Positions 14,161-28,527 of a stretch of 64,000 nucleotides of DNA are shown one piece after another. How positions within the stretch are numbered: the stretch's first letter is position 1; every line of letters begins with the position of its first letter. The DNA lies in the NCBI GenBank assembly GCA_038087875.1, contig CM075994.1, forward strand, positions 8,496,001-8,560,000, read 5' to 3'. The notes beneath the pieces are model-generated. The model was not told the origin of the DNA. It worked only from the letters and a program-made list of their open reading frames with translations, and searched no databases. The DNA is from Malacoraja senta. Its lineage: Eukaryota. The position numbers and the translations under genes were made by a program.

Positions 14161-14163
14161 CAG

Positions 14164-14266
14164 GTCACCACAGTCAAGGAATGTGTGATATTTGGGGCAA
14201 AGCAGGTGATTCCCATTGGGTTAATCCAACCTGCAAGTGCCACACTTTATGACTACTACAACCCAA
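14164..14266 (+). CDS. C4: Complement C4 exon ([34 protein letters not shown])
   Basis: ttttgcAG acceptor and GTgagt donor. 103 nt. [13 protein letters not shown] matches the C4 motif. Confidence 0.95.
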
Positions 14267-15528
14267 GTGAGTATATCTGGTTGGAATCAAGTCTCTTTCA
14301 TTCAATGGGCATTTGCAATGGGCTCAGAGCAATGACATTTACACTTGCTGCATGCAGCTTTGCAGCTACTTTACCCACACCATTTAAAAGCTGCAGGTGA
14401 GTTGCTGCCTCACAGGATCACACACTCACACGCTCACTCACACCCTCACTCATTCACACGTTCACTCACACTCACACACATTCACACACTCACTCGCACA
14501 TGCACTCACACACTCACTGACACACTCACAGCTCACTCATGCACACACGCTCATACAGTCACTCACACCCTCACTCATTCACACGCTCACTCACACACAC
14601 TCACTCACACACTCACAGCTTACTCACGCACAGACACTCACACACACTCATCCACTCATACAATCACACACTCAAATACACACATAGACACACTCACACA
14701 CTGATACACAATCACACACTAAAATACACTCACACACTGACACATACTCACATGCTCACACACACAGACATACACATACACATGCACAAAACATTCAGTC
14801 ATCAGAATCAGATCTTATTGAAACATGATCCCAGGGTGAGTGGATAGATTTTGTGATGTTTCCATCGGTGTAGTGGACATTTTCACGAGGGCGTTTAACT
14901 CTATTTAGTTAGAGTCATGGAGTGATACAGTGTGGAAACAGGCCCCACCGCCCAACTTGCCCACAACTTGCCCAGCTTCACTACAACTAAACTAAACTGA
15001 ACTAAGGCAATAATAAGGCAAGAATAAACCGTTCAATTGGTTCACAGCCAACTGCTCAACAACATGTAACTCAAAGCTCATGAAATGTTTAGTTTAGTTT
15101 ACAGCACGGAAACAGGCCCTTCGGCCCACCGAGTCCGCGCCGACCAGTGATCCCCGCACCATAACACTATCCCACACACACTACAGACAATTTATATTTT
15201 TACCAAAGCCAATTAACCTACAAACCTGCACGTCTTTGGAGTGTGGGAGAAAACCGGAGCACCCGGAGAAAACCCACGCAGGTCACGGGGTGAACGTACA
15301 AACTCCACACAGACATCACCCGAGCTCAGGATGGAACCCGGGTCTCCGGCGCGTTGAGGCAGCAACTCTGCGCCACCGTGCCGCTGATATGTTTAAATGC
15401 AACAACACAACTAAATAGCATTAAACGACCTAGTGAAATTGTTGTCTCCTTCACGACACAACCACTGATGGAAACATCTCAAAATCTATCCACACCCCCC
15501 AGGATCATCAGTTTCAATAACTTCACAT

Positions 15529-16335
<807 letters not shown>

Positions 16336-16355
16336 AACGGGCTGTTCTGTTTCAG

Positions 16356-16445
16356 TGTCCCGTTGCACTGTGTATTACAACGCTCCGGATCAGAGCACCG
16401 TGGTGTCCAAACTGTGCCAGGATGACGTTTGTGAGTGTGCTGAAG
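16356..16445 (+). CDS. C4: Complement C4 exon (MSRCTVYYNAPDQSTVVSKLCQDDVCECAEG)
   Basis: tttcAG acceptor and GTgagt donor. 90 nt, phase 1/1. LC...VCECAEG motif leading into the C345C domain. Confidence 0.95.
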
Positions 16446-17174
16446 GTGAGTCAAACCTGTTCACACACTAGTTCCACATTATTCCACTTTCCCATCCACT
16501 CCCTACACACCAGGGGCACTTTGCAGAGGGCCAATTAACCTACAAACATCTTTGGGATGTGGGAGGAAACCGGAGCACGTGGAGGGAACCCACGCAGGTC
16601 ATGGGGAGAACGTACAAACTCCATACGGACAGCACCCGCAGTCGGGACCAAGGTAACCAAGGATCAATGGGGAATAAGTTCATAAGTGATAGGAGCAGAG
16701 TTAGGCCATTCGGCCCATCAAGTCTACTCCGCCATTCAATCATGGCTGAGCGATCTCTCCCTCCTAACCCCATTCTCCTGCCTTCTCGCTACAACCCCTG
16801 ACGCCCGCACTAATCCCCAATCTTTCGATCTCTGCCTCAACAATATCCATTGTCTTAGCCTCCAGCGCCGTCTGTGGCAATGAGTTCCACAGATTCACCA
16901 TCGTCTGACTAAAGAAATTCCTCCTCATCTCCTTTCTAAAAGTACGTCCTTTTATTCAGAGGCTGTGCCCTCTGGTCCTAGACTTTCCCACTAGTGGAAA
17001 CATCCTCTCCACATCCACTCTATCCAGGCTTACAGCAAACCTTGCTCGGAGTGGAAGAAGATAGTCTTTTCAATTCTTAAATGGTTTCCCACTTTCTTTC
17101 TAGATTCTCTCTCTACTGGAAACATCTCCACATTTTGGATGGGAACATGATTAACAAGTCTGCAGATGATACAA

Positions 17175-19185
17175 ACGCTCTACTCTACACTCCACACTCT
17201 CCGCACTACTCTACGCTCCACACTCCATGCACTATATACTCTACTCTACGCTCTACACTCCACACTCTACGCACTACTCCACGTTCCACGCTCTACACTC
17301 CACGCTCTATACACTACACTCTACACTCCACACTACACGCTCTACACTCTACACTATACACTCCACACTACACGCTCTTCACTCTACTCTACGCTCTACT
17401 CTACACTCCACTCTCTACGCTCTACACTACGCAGTACTCTACACTCCACGCTCTGCTCTACACTCTACTCTATGCACTACTCTACACTCCACGCTCTACG
17501 CTCTACGCACTACTCTACACTCCACACTCTACGCACTACTCTACACTCCGCTCCACGCTCTACTCTACAGTCCACACTACGCTCTACTCTATGCACTACT
17601 CCACACTCTATGCTCTACGCTCTACTCTACGCACTACTCTACTCTCCACGCTCTACACTCCACACTCTACACTCTACTCTCTACAGTCCACACTCTACGC
17701 TCAACATTCCACACTCTACGCTATACACTATGCTCTACACTCTACGCTTTACACTCTAAGCTCTACACTATATGCAACACTACACTGCACTACTCTATGC
17801 TCTACACTACACTCTACACTCCACACCACACACTGCACTCTCATAGAAACATAAAAATAGGTGCAGGAGGAGGCCATTCGGCCCTTCGAGCCAGCACCAC
17901 CATTCATTGTGATCATGGCTGATCGTCCCCAATCAATAACCCGTGCCTGCCTTCTCCCCATATCCCTTGATTCCATTAGCCCCTAGAGCTCTATCTAACT
18001 CTCTCTTAAATCCACACACTCTCTCTTAAATCACACCCCATACTCTACACTCCACACACTACACTCTACACTCCACACTCTACACTCCACACTCTACACT
18101 CTACCCTCCACGCTATATGCTCCACACTCTACACTCCACACTCTACGCTCTACCCTCCACGCTTCACACTCTACACTCCACACTCTAAACCATACACTCT
18201 ACTCAACGCTCTACTCTACAGTCCACACTGCGCTCTACTCTATGCACTACTCCACACTCTATGCTCTACGCTCTACTCTACGCACTACTCTACTCTCCAC
18301 GCTCTACACTCCACGCTCTACACTCCACACTCTACACACTACACTCTACACTCCACACTCTACACTCCACACTCTACACTCCACCCTCCACGCTCTACGC
18401 TCCACACTCTACACTCCACACTCTACGCTCTACCCTCCACGCTCCACACTCTACACTCCACACTCTAAACTCTACACTCTACTCAACGCTCTACTCTACA
18501 CTCTACTCTACACTCCACGCTCTACACACTACTCTACGCACTACTCTACACTCCACGCTCTACTCTACGCTCTACTCCACGCTCGACACTCCACTCTCCA
18601 TACTCTACGCTCTACTCTACACTCTACACTCCACGCGCTACGCTACGCACTACTCTACACTCCACGCTCTACACTCTATGCTCTACTCTACGCACTACTC
18701 TATGCTCTACTCTACGCACTACTCTATGCTCTACGCTCTACGCACTACTCTACACTCCACGCTCTACGCTCTATGCTCTACTCTACGCTCTACAGTCCAC
18801 ACTCTACACTACGCTCTATGCTCTATGCTCTACACATTATGCTCTACGCTTTACACTCTACACTACTCTATGTTCTTCATTCTACACTCCACACACTACA
18901 CTCTCATAGAATATAAAATAGTTGCAGGAGGAGGCCATTCGGCCCTTCGAGCCAGCACCACCATTCATTGTGATCATGGCTGATTGTCCCCAATCAATCA
19001 CCCATGCCTGCCTTCTCCCCATATCGCTTGATTCCACTAGCCCCTAGAGCTCTATCTAACTCTCTTAAATCCACCCACTCCGTCTTAAATCCCACTCTAC
19101 ACACTACACACTCTACACTCCGCACTCTACACTCTGCACTCTACACTCTACACTCCACATTCCACACTCTACAATCTACACTCTC
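17175..19185. repeat. (CTCTACA/CTCCACA/CTCTACG)n simple satellite with two embedded near-identical antisense CR1 3' tails (~17843-18010 and ~18905-19070)
   Basis: Directly visible 5-7-bp periodicity; the CR1 tail sequence occurs twice. Confidence 0.9.
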
Positions 19186-19284
19186 TGTTCTCCCTTCTAA
19201 CGTTCTTTCTTCCACTGAGATGAACTTAGCTCCACCCCACGTCACCCTGCCTTTTACGGACGCATCTTTCTCCTCTCCCACCAG

Positions 19285-19371
19285 GGGACTGTCCTCGGGT
19301 AAGCAAAACCAAGGACGTGGGGACTGATGAACGGAAGACTTTTGCCTGCTACAGCCCGATTGTGGATTACG
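19285..19371 (+). CDS. C4: Complement C4 exon (GDCPRVSKTKDVGTDERKTFACYSPIVDY)
   Basis: Pyrimidine tract plus ccAG acceptor, GTaagg donor. 87 nt, phase 1/1. FACYSPIVDY resembles C4 FACYYPRVEY. Confidence 0.93.
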
Positions 19372-19439
19372 GTAAGGCCTGCAGGATTCTTCAAGTCGGG
19401 GGTGGGGGGGACGGAACGGAACGATGGTATGTTTGCTGG

Positions 19440-22400
19440 TAGACTGCCAAATCGTTTTGGCCCCCATTTCCGGGGTTACGTCCGCACCCAGGTGGTACTA
19501 GAAAGGGACTTTGCGCTGTCCACGGGCACCCTTGGGGATTTCGGTGACCGCGGGGGTGTTGAATGTATCCTGGACAAGGACTGTAATATAGTTATTTAGT
19601 AATTTACTTAGTATATTTGTTCGTCTTGTACTGGGGTGGTGGTTCTGTTTTTGTTTTATTGTGTTCTAAATACTATTTTACTTCGGAGTCACGTGAGTGA
19701 CTACGTGAAGAAGACCCGTCAGGGCGCATGCGCGTCATTACGTCAGACGCATTTGCGCTCACGGACGTGAGGAGCAGAGCTCCTCTAGTGGAGTTTTTAC
19801 AACTCCAACGTAAGTAAAACTTTTTGGGAGTTTTTTAGGTCCGTTTGCTGTGGTGGTCTGCTGCGATTTTTTCACAGGCACCATGATCAAAACGGGCAAG
19901 GGCAAGAGGCGAGCCGCAAAGCCGATAGAGAGCCGCGGGAATGCGGTTAGTGAAGGGCTGCCTCATACCCCTGTAACAGTCGCCGGCTGGGAGCGGGGCG
20001 ACTGTGGACTTATGTATTTAGAAAAAGAACGGAGCCAGCGTCAGTTGGGCGCTAACCAACATGCAAGTCAGGTCCATGGAGTTAGAGTCAGTTTTGGATT
20101 CACCTCCAAGGCTGGATACCACTTTCTGAGTGGATATTCCAAACGGAGAACCTGTACACATGTTGCTCCAACAAGACATACCCCAGGAGTGATGTCAGAG
20201 CCAGGCTGCAGAAGCCAGGTCAGCAGCACCTAGTAAAGGGCTGCTTGATAGCACCCTCATTGATGAGGCGCGTGCACAGGGTCAGCAGAGTTCTCCGATA
20301 CAAGCGAAGACGGCAGCTGCCAGATGTTCTATTTCTGGCAGTACGATTCGCTGCTCTGTGAGAGTTCTGACCCTGACCCTGACTCTGACGGTGAGGCCGA
20401 TACAAGCGAAGACGGCAGCTGCCAGATGTTCTACTCCTGGCAGTATGATTCGCTGCCCCCGTCAGAGTCAGGAGAGCCACTGGGAGAAGAAGTGGCCTCT
20501 ACAATCAACTATTTTGTCTTCCATCAACTCCAGTAGCTTACGATGGATGAAAATGCCAAAAAAGCACGAGACCCCAAGGAACTGCGTATTGTTGAAAGTA
20601 GTAGCAGTGAACCAAGATATAAGGGGTCAGATGGGCGAGGGCATGTGAGCCTAAGAAATAAAACTGCAGAGAATATTGAAGCTGCTGGGTTGAGGAACAA
20701 CTGCATTTTTGCAAGAACAATGGATGGAGGCCAGGGATGGAGATGCATCAAGAGGCACTAGGGTTGCTATGTAGCGCCCACTTCGAGATGAATTGTTTCA
20801 GGAAGTATGCCATTCGGCCCACCATCAACCCCAAGTTGCAGCAACTCTGTAAAGCCCAGCAATGTGCAGTCACTCAACTTATTCTTCAGAGAAAAACCTC
20901 ACGAAACGTGGGAAAGAGTTGGATGATGAGGCAAAAACAGCAAGGTTGATCAAAACATCGATGGTCAGCAAATCTGTGAAGAGGAGGTATCCTTTCAGAC
21001 ATCATACAGAATCCTGGGCCTACACCAGGAAAAAGTCGACCATTGAAGCAGGGGCGCAGTTAGCGTCCTGCAGCGGGAACACAAAAAAGCGTGGGTTTTC
21101 CTGCCAGGAGCCAGGGACCACAGGTCACTCAGGTGACAGAAGAGGTAGGTGGACCTGGTTCTCATGGGAACATATTCAGGCAAAAACCGCCAAATATTGG
21201 AAGCAAATTACTTCAGATTCATTATTCTGAGTATTATTCAAAGGTTTCGAATTGATTCGATCCAAATAGTGATTTGCCATCCAGCATGTTCCTAGCAGAA
21301 CATTCCAATTTCACAAAAAGAAGTGATGGAGGTTCAAGCTGAATTTGAAAACTTGTCTATAAACAAGTAATTGAAAGGTTGGTTTATCAAAACCACCAAA
21401 TTGTGTTTAAATTTTCTCGACCTAAAAGGGTGAGGAGTATTTTAGATCTGACAAGTCTTTAAAATTTTGCGAAGTATAGACACTTCAAAATGGAGACTTT
21501 GAGACTGCCAAACAACTTATTTCAAAATATGTTATATGGCACCTATAGATCTGAAAGATGTATATTACTCAGTGTCTGTTCATTTGTAAGATAAAAATAT
21601 TTGAAATTTATCTGAATGAAACAATTATGGCAATTCAAAGTTCTGTCTAATGGGTTAACTTCAGTTCCTAGAATTTCACTAAATTGGTAAAACCAATTTT
21701 GCGGCTAATTAGAGTCCAAGGACAGATGTTGATGGCTTAACTGGATGATGTCCTAATTAGGACGAACAAGAGAATTAGTGAGTTATCTCTCTCAATTGTT
21801 CAATCCACTTTTGAAAGTTTTGGGTTTAATTCATCCAGAGAAATCAAGGTTAACGCCACTTACAAAAATTGATTATTTTAATTTCACAATTGATTCAATT
21901 GACATGGTAGTAATTTTACCCCGGGTAAAGGGTAGAGCTGATTGATGGTTGCATTAAGCTGTTGAAAAAGCAACAATCTTCAATTAAGAGGTGGCCAGCT
22001 TGCTAGGAAAATTAGTGTTATTTCCAGCAATACAATACGGGCCATTGCACTACCAGCAGCTACAGACGGCAAAAAGAAAAGGCACTAAGATGCATGGTGG
22101 CCATTTTGATAGGCCATGTAGTTAAACAACAAATGCTGCTTCTGATTTGCAGTGGTGGATTTAACATGTGGACAGATGGAATATGGAAGAGGCATTATTT
22201 TTTGCAGACATGGAGAATCAACGTTTTACAGCTGTTGGAAGGCTTATGAGTTCCAAGCTTGTTGTTAATACAACTAATCTGCATGTTCAGCTTCAATTTA
22301 ACAATACTACAGCAATGGCATGTATTAATCGTATTGGTGGAATTAAGTCGGTGTCATGTGACAAATTGGCTAATCCAATCTGGACTTGGTGTGTTGACAA

Positions 22401-24430
22401 ATATTTGCTTTCAGCTATTTATCTACCAGGTAGATTCAATATAGTAGCAGACACCAGGTTACGGGAATTTCCATGATAATAAAGAATGGATGTTGAATCT
22501 TAAGATTTTAATGATATAGTAGTCAGATTTGGGAAGCCAGATACGACTTGCTTCCATCCAGACTCAATCACCAGTTACAGAGATATGTGTTATGGGAACT
22601 ACATCGGGAGACAGTAGCAATTGATGCTTTCTCGCTACATTAGGGTGGTATGTTTTTATATGCATTTTCCATCATTCTGTCTCATAAACCGGAGTCTGCT
22701 TAAAATGAAGCAAGATGCTGCCTCTGGGGTACTGGTGGTACCGGACTGGTCTACGCAGCCATGGTTCCCTTTGATATTGGAATTAATGACAGTTCCTGAT
22801 AAAGGTTCCCAAAAGAAGGGATTTACTGGTGTATCAGAGAATTGGAGAGTAACATCCGTTATATGCCTGTATGGATCTGTTAATTTGCAGGTTTTAAAAA
22901 GAGGATTGTCTGGGCATACCGTGGCCATGCTTACAGCAGTCTGGCAGAAGAGCACTCAAAAGCAGTACATTTGCGTATCTGAGGTTGTGACTCTGTAAAT
23001 GCTGCTTTCCCATTATGTAAAGAATGGGAAAATTTTCTGTGTACAAAAGAATATTGAATGTTGTACGGCACATGTCTCAAATGTCTTAGGTTTTCTTAAC
23101 ACTCTATTAAGAGGGGTTGAGTTATAGTGCGATTTATTCAGCCAGAAGTACATTGTCCTTGTTTTTTATTGATGGGGTCGGAAAGACATCCTGTTGAGTC
23201 TCGTTCTTTCGTTTCCAGATTAATGAAAGGAATTTTAATTCCAGACCTTCTAAACCTAGGTATGGCAATCTGGAATAATAGAGTGGTTTTAATCTACTTC
23301 ATCAATGGACTCTTGGTATGATTCTGATTTTGGCCAAATTCAGCATGAAGGTAGTCATGCTTATGGCACTTGTAACAAGCACAGAGAGTACAGACATTTC
23401 AAAAGTTACAGATACACAGGATGGAAGTACCTAAGGATAATGTTATGTTTTACATTTATGACCTACTCAAATGAAGTAGGGTCAGGTGTGACAGGATTCA
23501 AGAGTGTTTTATTAGCATATTCCATGGATCCATGTCTATGTGTTAAGACATATTTGTTTCAATACATTGAGGCTACAAAGGTCTTATGAAATATGAAAAC
23601 AAGATTGTTTATCATTCACGAAACACCATACAAGATAGTGTCAGTTCAGACTATTTCAAGATGGTTAAAACATGTCTTGGTTGCTGCAGGTGTTAACAGT
23701 GATGTTTTTACATCCCATTCGATTTAGCAGCAACATCGGCGGCCAGGGCGAAGGACGTCCCGCCAACCATATTTTCGCAGCCGCCGGGTGATCTAATAAG
23801 TTGGTGTTTCAACACTTTTACCATCGGCCTATTGCCAATACGGGGCTGTTTGCAGATACTATATTAAGTTCTGCTTAAATCCCCCTGGGTTAAAGGGGAT
23901 TGTTAATTCTATTATTCAAATAAATGAATTACTGCATTTTTTCATGCAAATGTCATTAATGCATTATTGATTATTTCTCGTTCCGAGTCAATCAATGCAG
24001 TGAGAAGCCGGGATTTGAATCTGCAGCATGAAATCACAAAGCTTTAAAGTCTTCACGTAGTCACTCACGTGACTCCGAAGTAAAATAGTAAGATTAAACG
24101 AGAACTTACCAGTTTGAAGTATGATCTTTATTTTATGAGGAGTTACGTTGGTGATTACGTGCCCACCACGGCCCAACCCTCTTTCATAAAGGTCAGCTGG
24201 AAGTTCAAAAATTTACTCGTTTTTACTATGTTACTATGTTACTTCGTTATTGGTCTTTTGTGATTTCACACCGCTGCTTTGAAGATTGACGCGCAGGCGC
24301 CCTGACGGATCTTCTTCACGCAATCACCAGCGTAACTCCTCATAAAATAAAGATCAAACTTCAAACTGGTAAGTTCTTACTATTTTAATATGTGAATAAA
24401 TAATTTTGAGTTAAAATTAAAAAAAAAAAA
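19440..24430 (+). mobile_element. Tx1-like LINE 3' end, split by the DIRS insertion in its 3' UTR
   Basis: FRGYVRTQVVLERDFALSTGTLGDF...CNIVI* resembles a Tx1 ORF2 C-terminus. AATAAA and a poly(A) tail follow the DIRS at 24395-24430. Confidence 0.65.
19675..24384 (+). mobile_element. Second DIRS1-type retrotransposon, decayed but structurally complete
   Basis: Left ITR at 19675, internal complementary region ~24050-24160, right ITR ending at 24384. Degenerate gag (CSAHFEMNCFRK), RT, MT (VVPDWSTQPWFP) and YR pieces homologous to the 6-11 kb copy. Confidence 0.9.
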
Positions 24431-24469
24431 TTGTTTTGGTTTCTGTATATCATTGCCGCGTATAGATGA

Positions 24470-24935
24470 TAGACAATAGGTGCATGAGTAGGCCATTCGG
24501 CCCTTCGGGCCAACACCGCCATTCGCTGTGATCATGGCTGATCATCCCCAATCAGTACCCCGTTCCTGCCTTCTCCCCATATCCCCTGATTCCGCTACCT
24601 TTAAGAGCCCTATCTAGCTCGCTCTTGAAAGTATCCAGAGAACCGGCCTCCATCGCCCTCTGAGGCAGAGAATTCCACAGACTCACAGCTCTCTGTGAGA
24701 AAAAGTGTGTCCTTGTCTCCGTTCTAAACGGCTTACCCCTTATTCTTAAACTGTGCCTCCTGGTACTGGACTCCCCCAACATCGGGAACATGTTTCCTGC
24801 CTCCAGCGTGTCCACACCCTTAACAATCATATATGTTTCAATAAGATACCCTCTCATCCTTCTAAACTCCAGAGTGTACAAGCCCAGCCGCTCCATTCTC
24901 TCAGCATATGACAGTCCCGACATCCCGGGAATTAC
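24470..24935 (-). mobile_element. CR1 3' fragment (further CR1 3' pieces at ~27270-27590, 28680-29430, 31450-32066, 49735-50190, 55320-55775, 62715-63034)
   Basis: ORF 24552-24923 matches the CR1 C-terminus seen at 11283-11594. Confidence 0.85.
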
Positions 24936-25060
24936 TGATGTAGTCTAGTTCAGTTTGGAGATACTGCGCGGAAACAGGCCCACAGAGCCGGCGCCGACCA
25001 GCGATCCCCGTACACTAACACTATCCTACACACATGAGGGACAATTTACAATTTTTACAG

Positions 25061-25295
25061 TATGGCGGGCGAATAAGCAAGCCACACGTGGTGAATCAAA
25101 GAGATCCTTATTGTTGAAGTAAAGAGAACGACAAATGCGAATGGGGGAAAGGCTGACCCGCAGCTGACTACTTATACTAGGGTACACCCCTAAAGCTCGT
25201 GACAACTCCTTCCCGCCATTACCCAGTCACATGATCCTAACCGCGACTGCCGAGGGTTCGCATAGTAAGTGGCCTAACCACCGGGTGGCGCCACA
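25061..25295 (-). mobile_element. Solo LTR (Gypsy-like) inserted in a SINE
   Basis: Termini tatggcg...cgccaca (inverted, one mismatch). 4-bp TSD ACAG at 25057-25060 and 25296-25299. The host SINE text resumes afterwards. Confidence 0.7.
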
Positions 25296-26463
25296 ACAGA
25301 TGCCAATTAACCTACAAACTTGTACGTCTTTGGAGTGTGGGAGGAAACCGGAGCACCCGGAGAAAACCCACGTGGTCCTAACAGATCAGATATACCATAA
25401 CTAAACCCAATAGATAGGGCCGGCATGGTGGCACAGCGGTAGAGTCGCTGCATCACAGCGCCAGAGACCCAGGTTCCATCCTTACTACGGGTGCTGTCTG
25501 TATGGAGTTTGTACGTTCTCCCCGTAACTTGCGTGGGTTTTCTCCGGGTGCTCCGGGTGCTCCGGTTTCCACACTCCAAAGACGTTCAGGTTTGAGGGCT
25601 AATCGGCTTGCAACTTGTTCCTAGTGTGTGTAGGATAGTGGTAGTGTGCGGGGATCGCTGGTCGGCGCGGACTCGGTGGGCCGAAAGGTCTGTTTCTGTG
25701 CTGTATCTCTGAATTCTAAAGTCTAAAGACAGGGAGTTGCTCCTTCAACCAGATGAAACATAACAACAAGATTCACTCTCAGACTGAGAAGGGTCTGGAC
25801 CTGAAACGTCACCCGTTCCTTCTCTCCAGAGATGCTGCCTGTCCCGCTGAGTTACTCCAGCATCTTGTGTCTATCTTCAATGTAACCCAGCATCTGCAGT
25901 TCCTTCCCATGCATGACAACAAGGTCCAGATATATGTGTAAGAAAGAACTGCAGATACAGGTTTAAATCGAAGGTAGACACAAAATGCTGGAGTAACACT
26001 GGCAGCGTCTCTGTAAAGGAATGGGCGACGTTTAGGGTCGAGACCCTTCTTCAGACTGACGTCAGTGGAGGAGGCGGGTCAGGGATAGAATGTAGTCAGA
26101 GACAGTAAGACTAGTGGGAGAACTGGGGAGGGGAAGGGGATGGAGAGAGAAAGCAAGGCCTATCTGAAGTTGGAGAAGTCAATGTTCATACCGCTGGGGT
26201 GTAAACTACCCAAGCAAAATATGAGGTGCTGTTCCTCCAATTTGCGCTGGGCCTCACTCTGACAATGGAGGGGGCCCAGGACAGAAAGGTCAGATTGGGA
26301 ATGGGAGGGGGAGTTGAAGTGCTGGGTCACCAGGAGATCAGGTAGGTTAAGACGGACTGAGCGGAGGTGTTCAGTGATATACATTGATAAAGCTCGCAAT
26401 AAGAACAATTGAAAAGTTGATAATTAATTCTATAATGACTGTCTTTCTGCGATCTCGTTGCAG

Positions 26464-26547
26464 CTTACATAGTCAACGTGACCAGTGGGTCTGTTACTGG
26501 AGCTTTCCACACCTATACAACCACGATTACTGGACTCATCAACGTTC
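26464..26547 (+). CDS. C4: Complement C4 exon (AYIVNVTSGSVTGAFHTYTTTITGLINV), C345C/NTR domain
   Basis: ttgcAG acceptor and GTgagt donor. 84 nt, phase 1/1, keeps frame with the flanking exons. Confidence 0.88.
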
Positions 26548-27589
26548 GTGAGTAATAGTTCTTTCTGTGGACCGCATCTCCATTCCAGGGGTCACCCCTG
26601 TGACGAAATCTATGCGTGATTCAAGGATCAACCTACGACTTTGGAGTATGGGAGGAAACCGGAGCACCCAGAGAAAACCCACGCAGGTCACGGGGAGAAG
26701 GTGCAAACTCCGGAAAGGCAAATACCCATGGCCGGGATCGAAGCCGGGTCCCTGGCGCCGTGAGGCAGCAACTCTGCCGCTGCACCACCACTTTGGGATG
26801 TGGGGGGGGGGGGGGGGATCCGGAGCACCTGAAGAAAACCCACGCAGTCACGTGGAGAACGAACGCGCAAGGAACCGCAGGCACTGGTTTACGAAAATGA
26901 AAGGAGAAACCACATGTCCAAGAGCACAAAGTTTAGTTTAGTTTAGAGACGGAAACAGCCCCTTTGGCCCACTGAGTCCGTGCCGACCAGCGATCCCCGC
27001 ACATTAACACTATCCTACGCACATTAGGGACAATTTACATTTACACCAAGCCAATTAACCTACAAACCTGCACGTCTTTGGAGTGTGGGAGGAAACCAAT
27101 GATCTCGGAGAAAAAACACGCAGGTCACGGGGAGAACGTACAAAATCCGTGCTGACAGCACCTGTGGTCAGGATCGAACCCGGGTCTCTGGCGCTGTGAG
27201 GCAGCAACTCTACCGCAGCGCCACCGTGCCACGCCAAAACTAAACTAATTCTACTCTACGTTGGACTATTGCAGGAAAAATGTTTCACATGTTGCGAATA
27301 TTTTAGAATAATGGGTCGGCCATTTAGGACTGAGATGAGGAGAAACTTTTACACCCAGAGAGTTGTGAATCTGTGGAATTCTCTGCCATAGAAGGCAGTG
27401 GAGGCCAATTCACTGGATGTTTTCAAGAGAGAGTTAGGTTTAGCTGTTAAGGCTAACGGAATCAAGGGATATGGGGAGAAAGCAGGAACGTGGTACTGTT
27501 TTGGATGATCAGCCATGATCATATTGAATGGCAGTGCTGGCTCGAAGGGCCGAATGACCTACTCCTGCACCTATTTTCTATGTTTCTAC

Positions 27590-28320
27590 AGCACATAGGC
27601 CTCCGATATTTTCGCCATCTCAAACGGGATCCCACCACTAGCCAAATTTTCCCATCTCTTCCCCTTTCCGCCTTCCACCGAGACCGTTCTCTCCACACCT
27701 CAGGTCAAGTTGTCCCTTCCCACCCAAACCACTCCCTCTCCAGATACTTCTCCCTGCAACCGCATGAGATGCAATACCTGTCACTTTACCTCCACCCTCG
27801 ACTCCATCCAAGGACCCCGACAGTCTTTCCAGGTGAGGCAGGGGTTCACTTGCATCTCCTCCAACCTCATCTACTGTATCCGCTTCTGTACATCGGCGAG
27901 ACCAATCGCAGGCTCGGCGATCGTTTCACTGAACACCTCCGCTCAGTCCACCTAAACCTACCTGATCTCCCATTTGCTCAACACTTTAACTCCCCTTCCC
28001 ATTCCCACACTGACCTTTCTGTCCTGGACCTCCTCCACTGTCAGAGTGAGGCCAAGCACAAATTGGAGGAATAGCACCTCATATTTCGGTTGGTGCAGCT
28101 TCACTAACTTCAAGTAGCCCGTGCTTTCCCTCTCTCTCCATTCCCTCCACATTCCCATTTCTCCGACCCAGTCTGACTGTCTCCGACTTTTTTTAATCTC
28201 TGCCTCGCCCACTCCCCTGACATCAGTCTGAAGAAGGGTCTCAACCCGATACGTCACCCATTCCTTCTCTCTGGAGATGCTGCCTGTGCCGCTGAGTTAC
28301 TCCAGCATTGTGTGTCTACT
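27590..28320 (+). mobile_element. Penelope-like element 3' part (GIY-YIG endonuclease remnant plus terminal repeat); other Penelope pieces at ~25940-26375, 41120-41640 and 58815-59320
   Basis: CNRMRCNTC...FTCISSNLIYCI and LYIGETNRRLGDRFTEHLRSV motifs. Confidence 0.85.
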
Positions 28321-28394
28321 TTTTTTATATATATCTTCTATGCTTCTATGTTTCTATCATCTTATGACACATTCTGTTTCCACGTCTCAAACAG

Positions 28395-28527
28395 ATGGAG
28401 ACGAAGACGTTGGTGTTTCTGATCAGCGGAACTTTGTGAAACGGCGTTCCTGCCGCCTGGAACTGAAGATCGGGAGAAGCTACCTCCTGATGGGGAAAGA
28501 CGGGAAGACGAAGGATAACCAGAGAAA
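28395..28527 (+). CDS. C4: Complement C4 penultimate exon (HGDEDVGVSDQRNFVKRRSCRLELKIGRSYLLMGKDGKTKDNQR)
   Basis: acAG acceptor and GTaaga donor. 133 nt, phase 1/2. Resembles C4 [26 protein letters not shown]. Confidence 0.95.
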
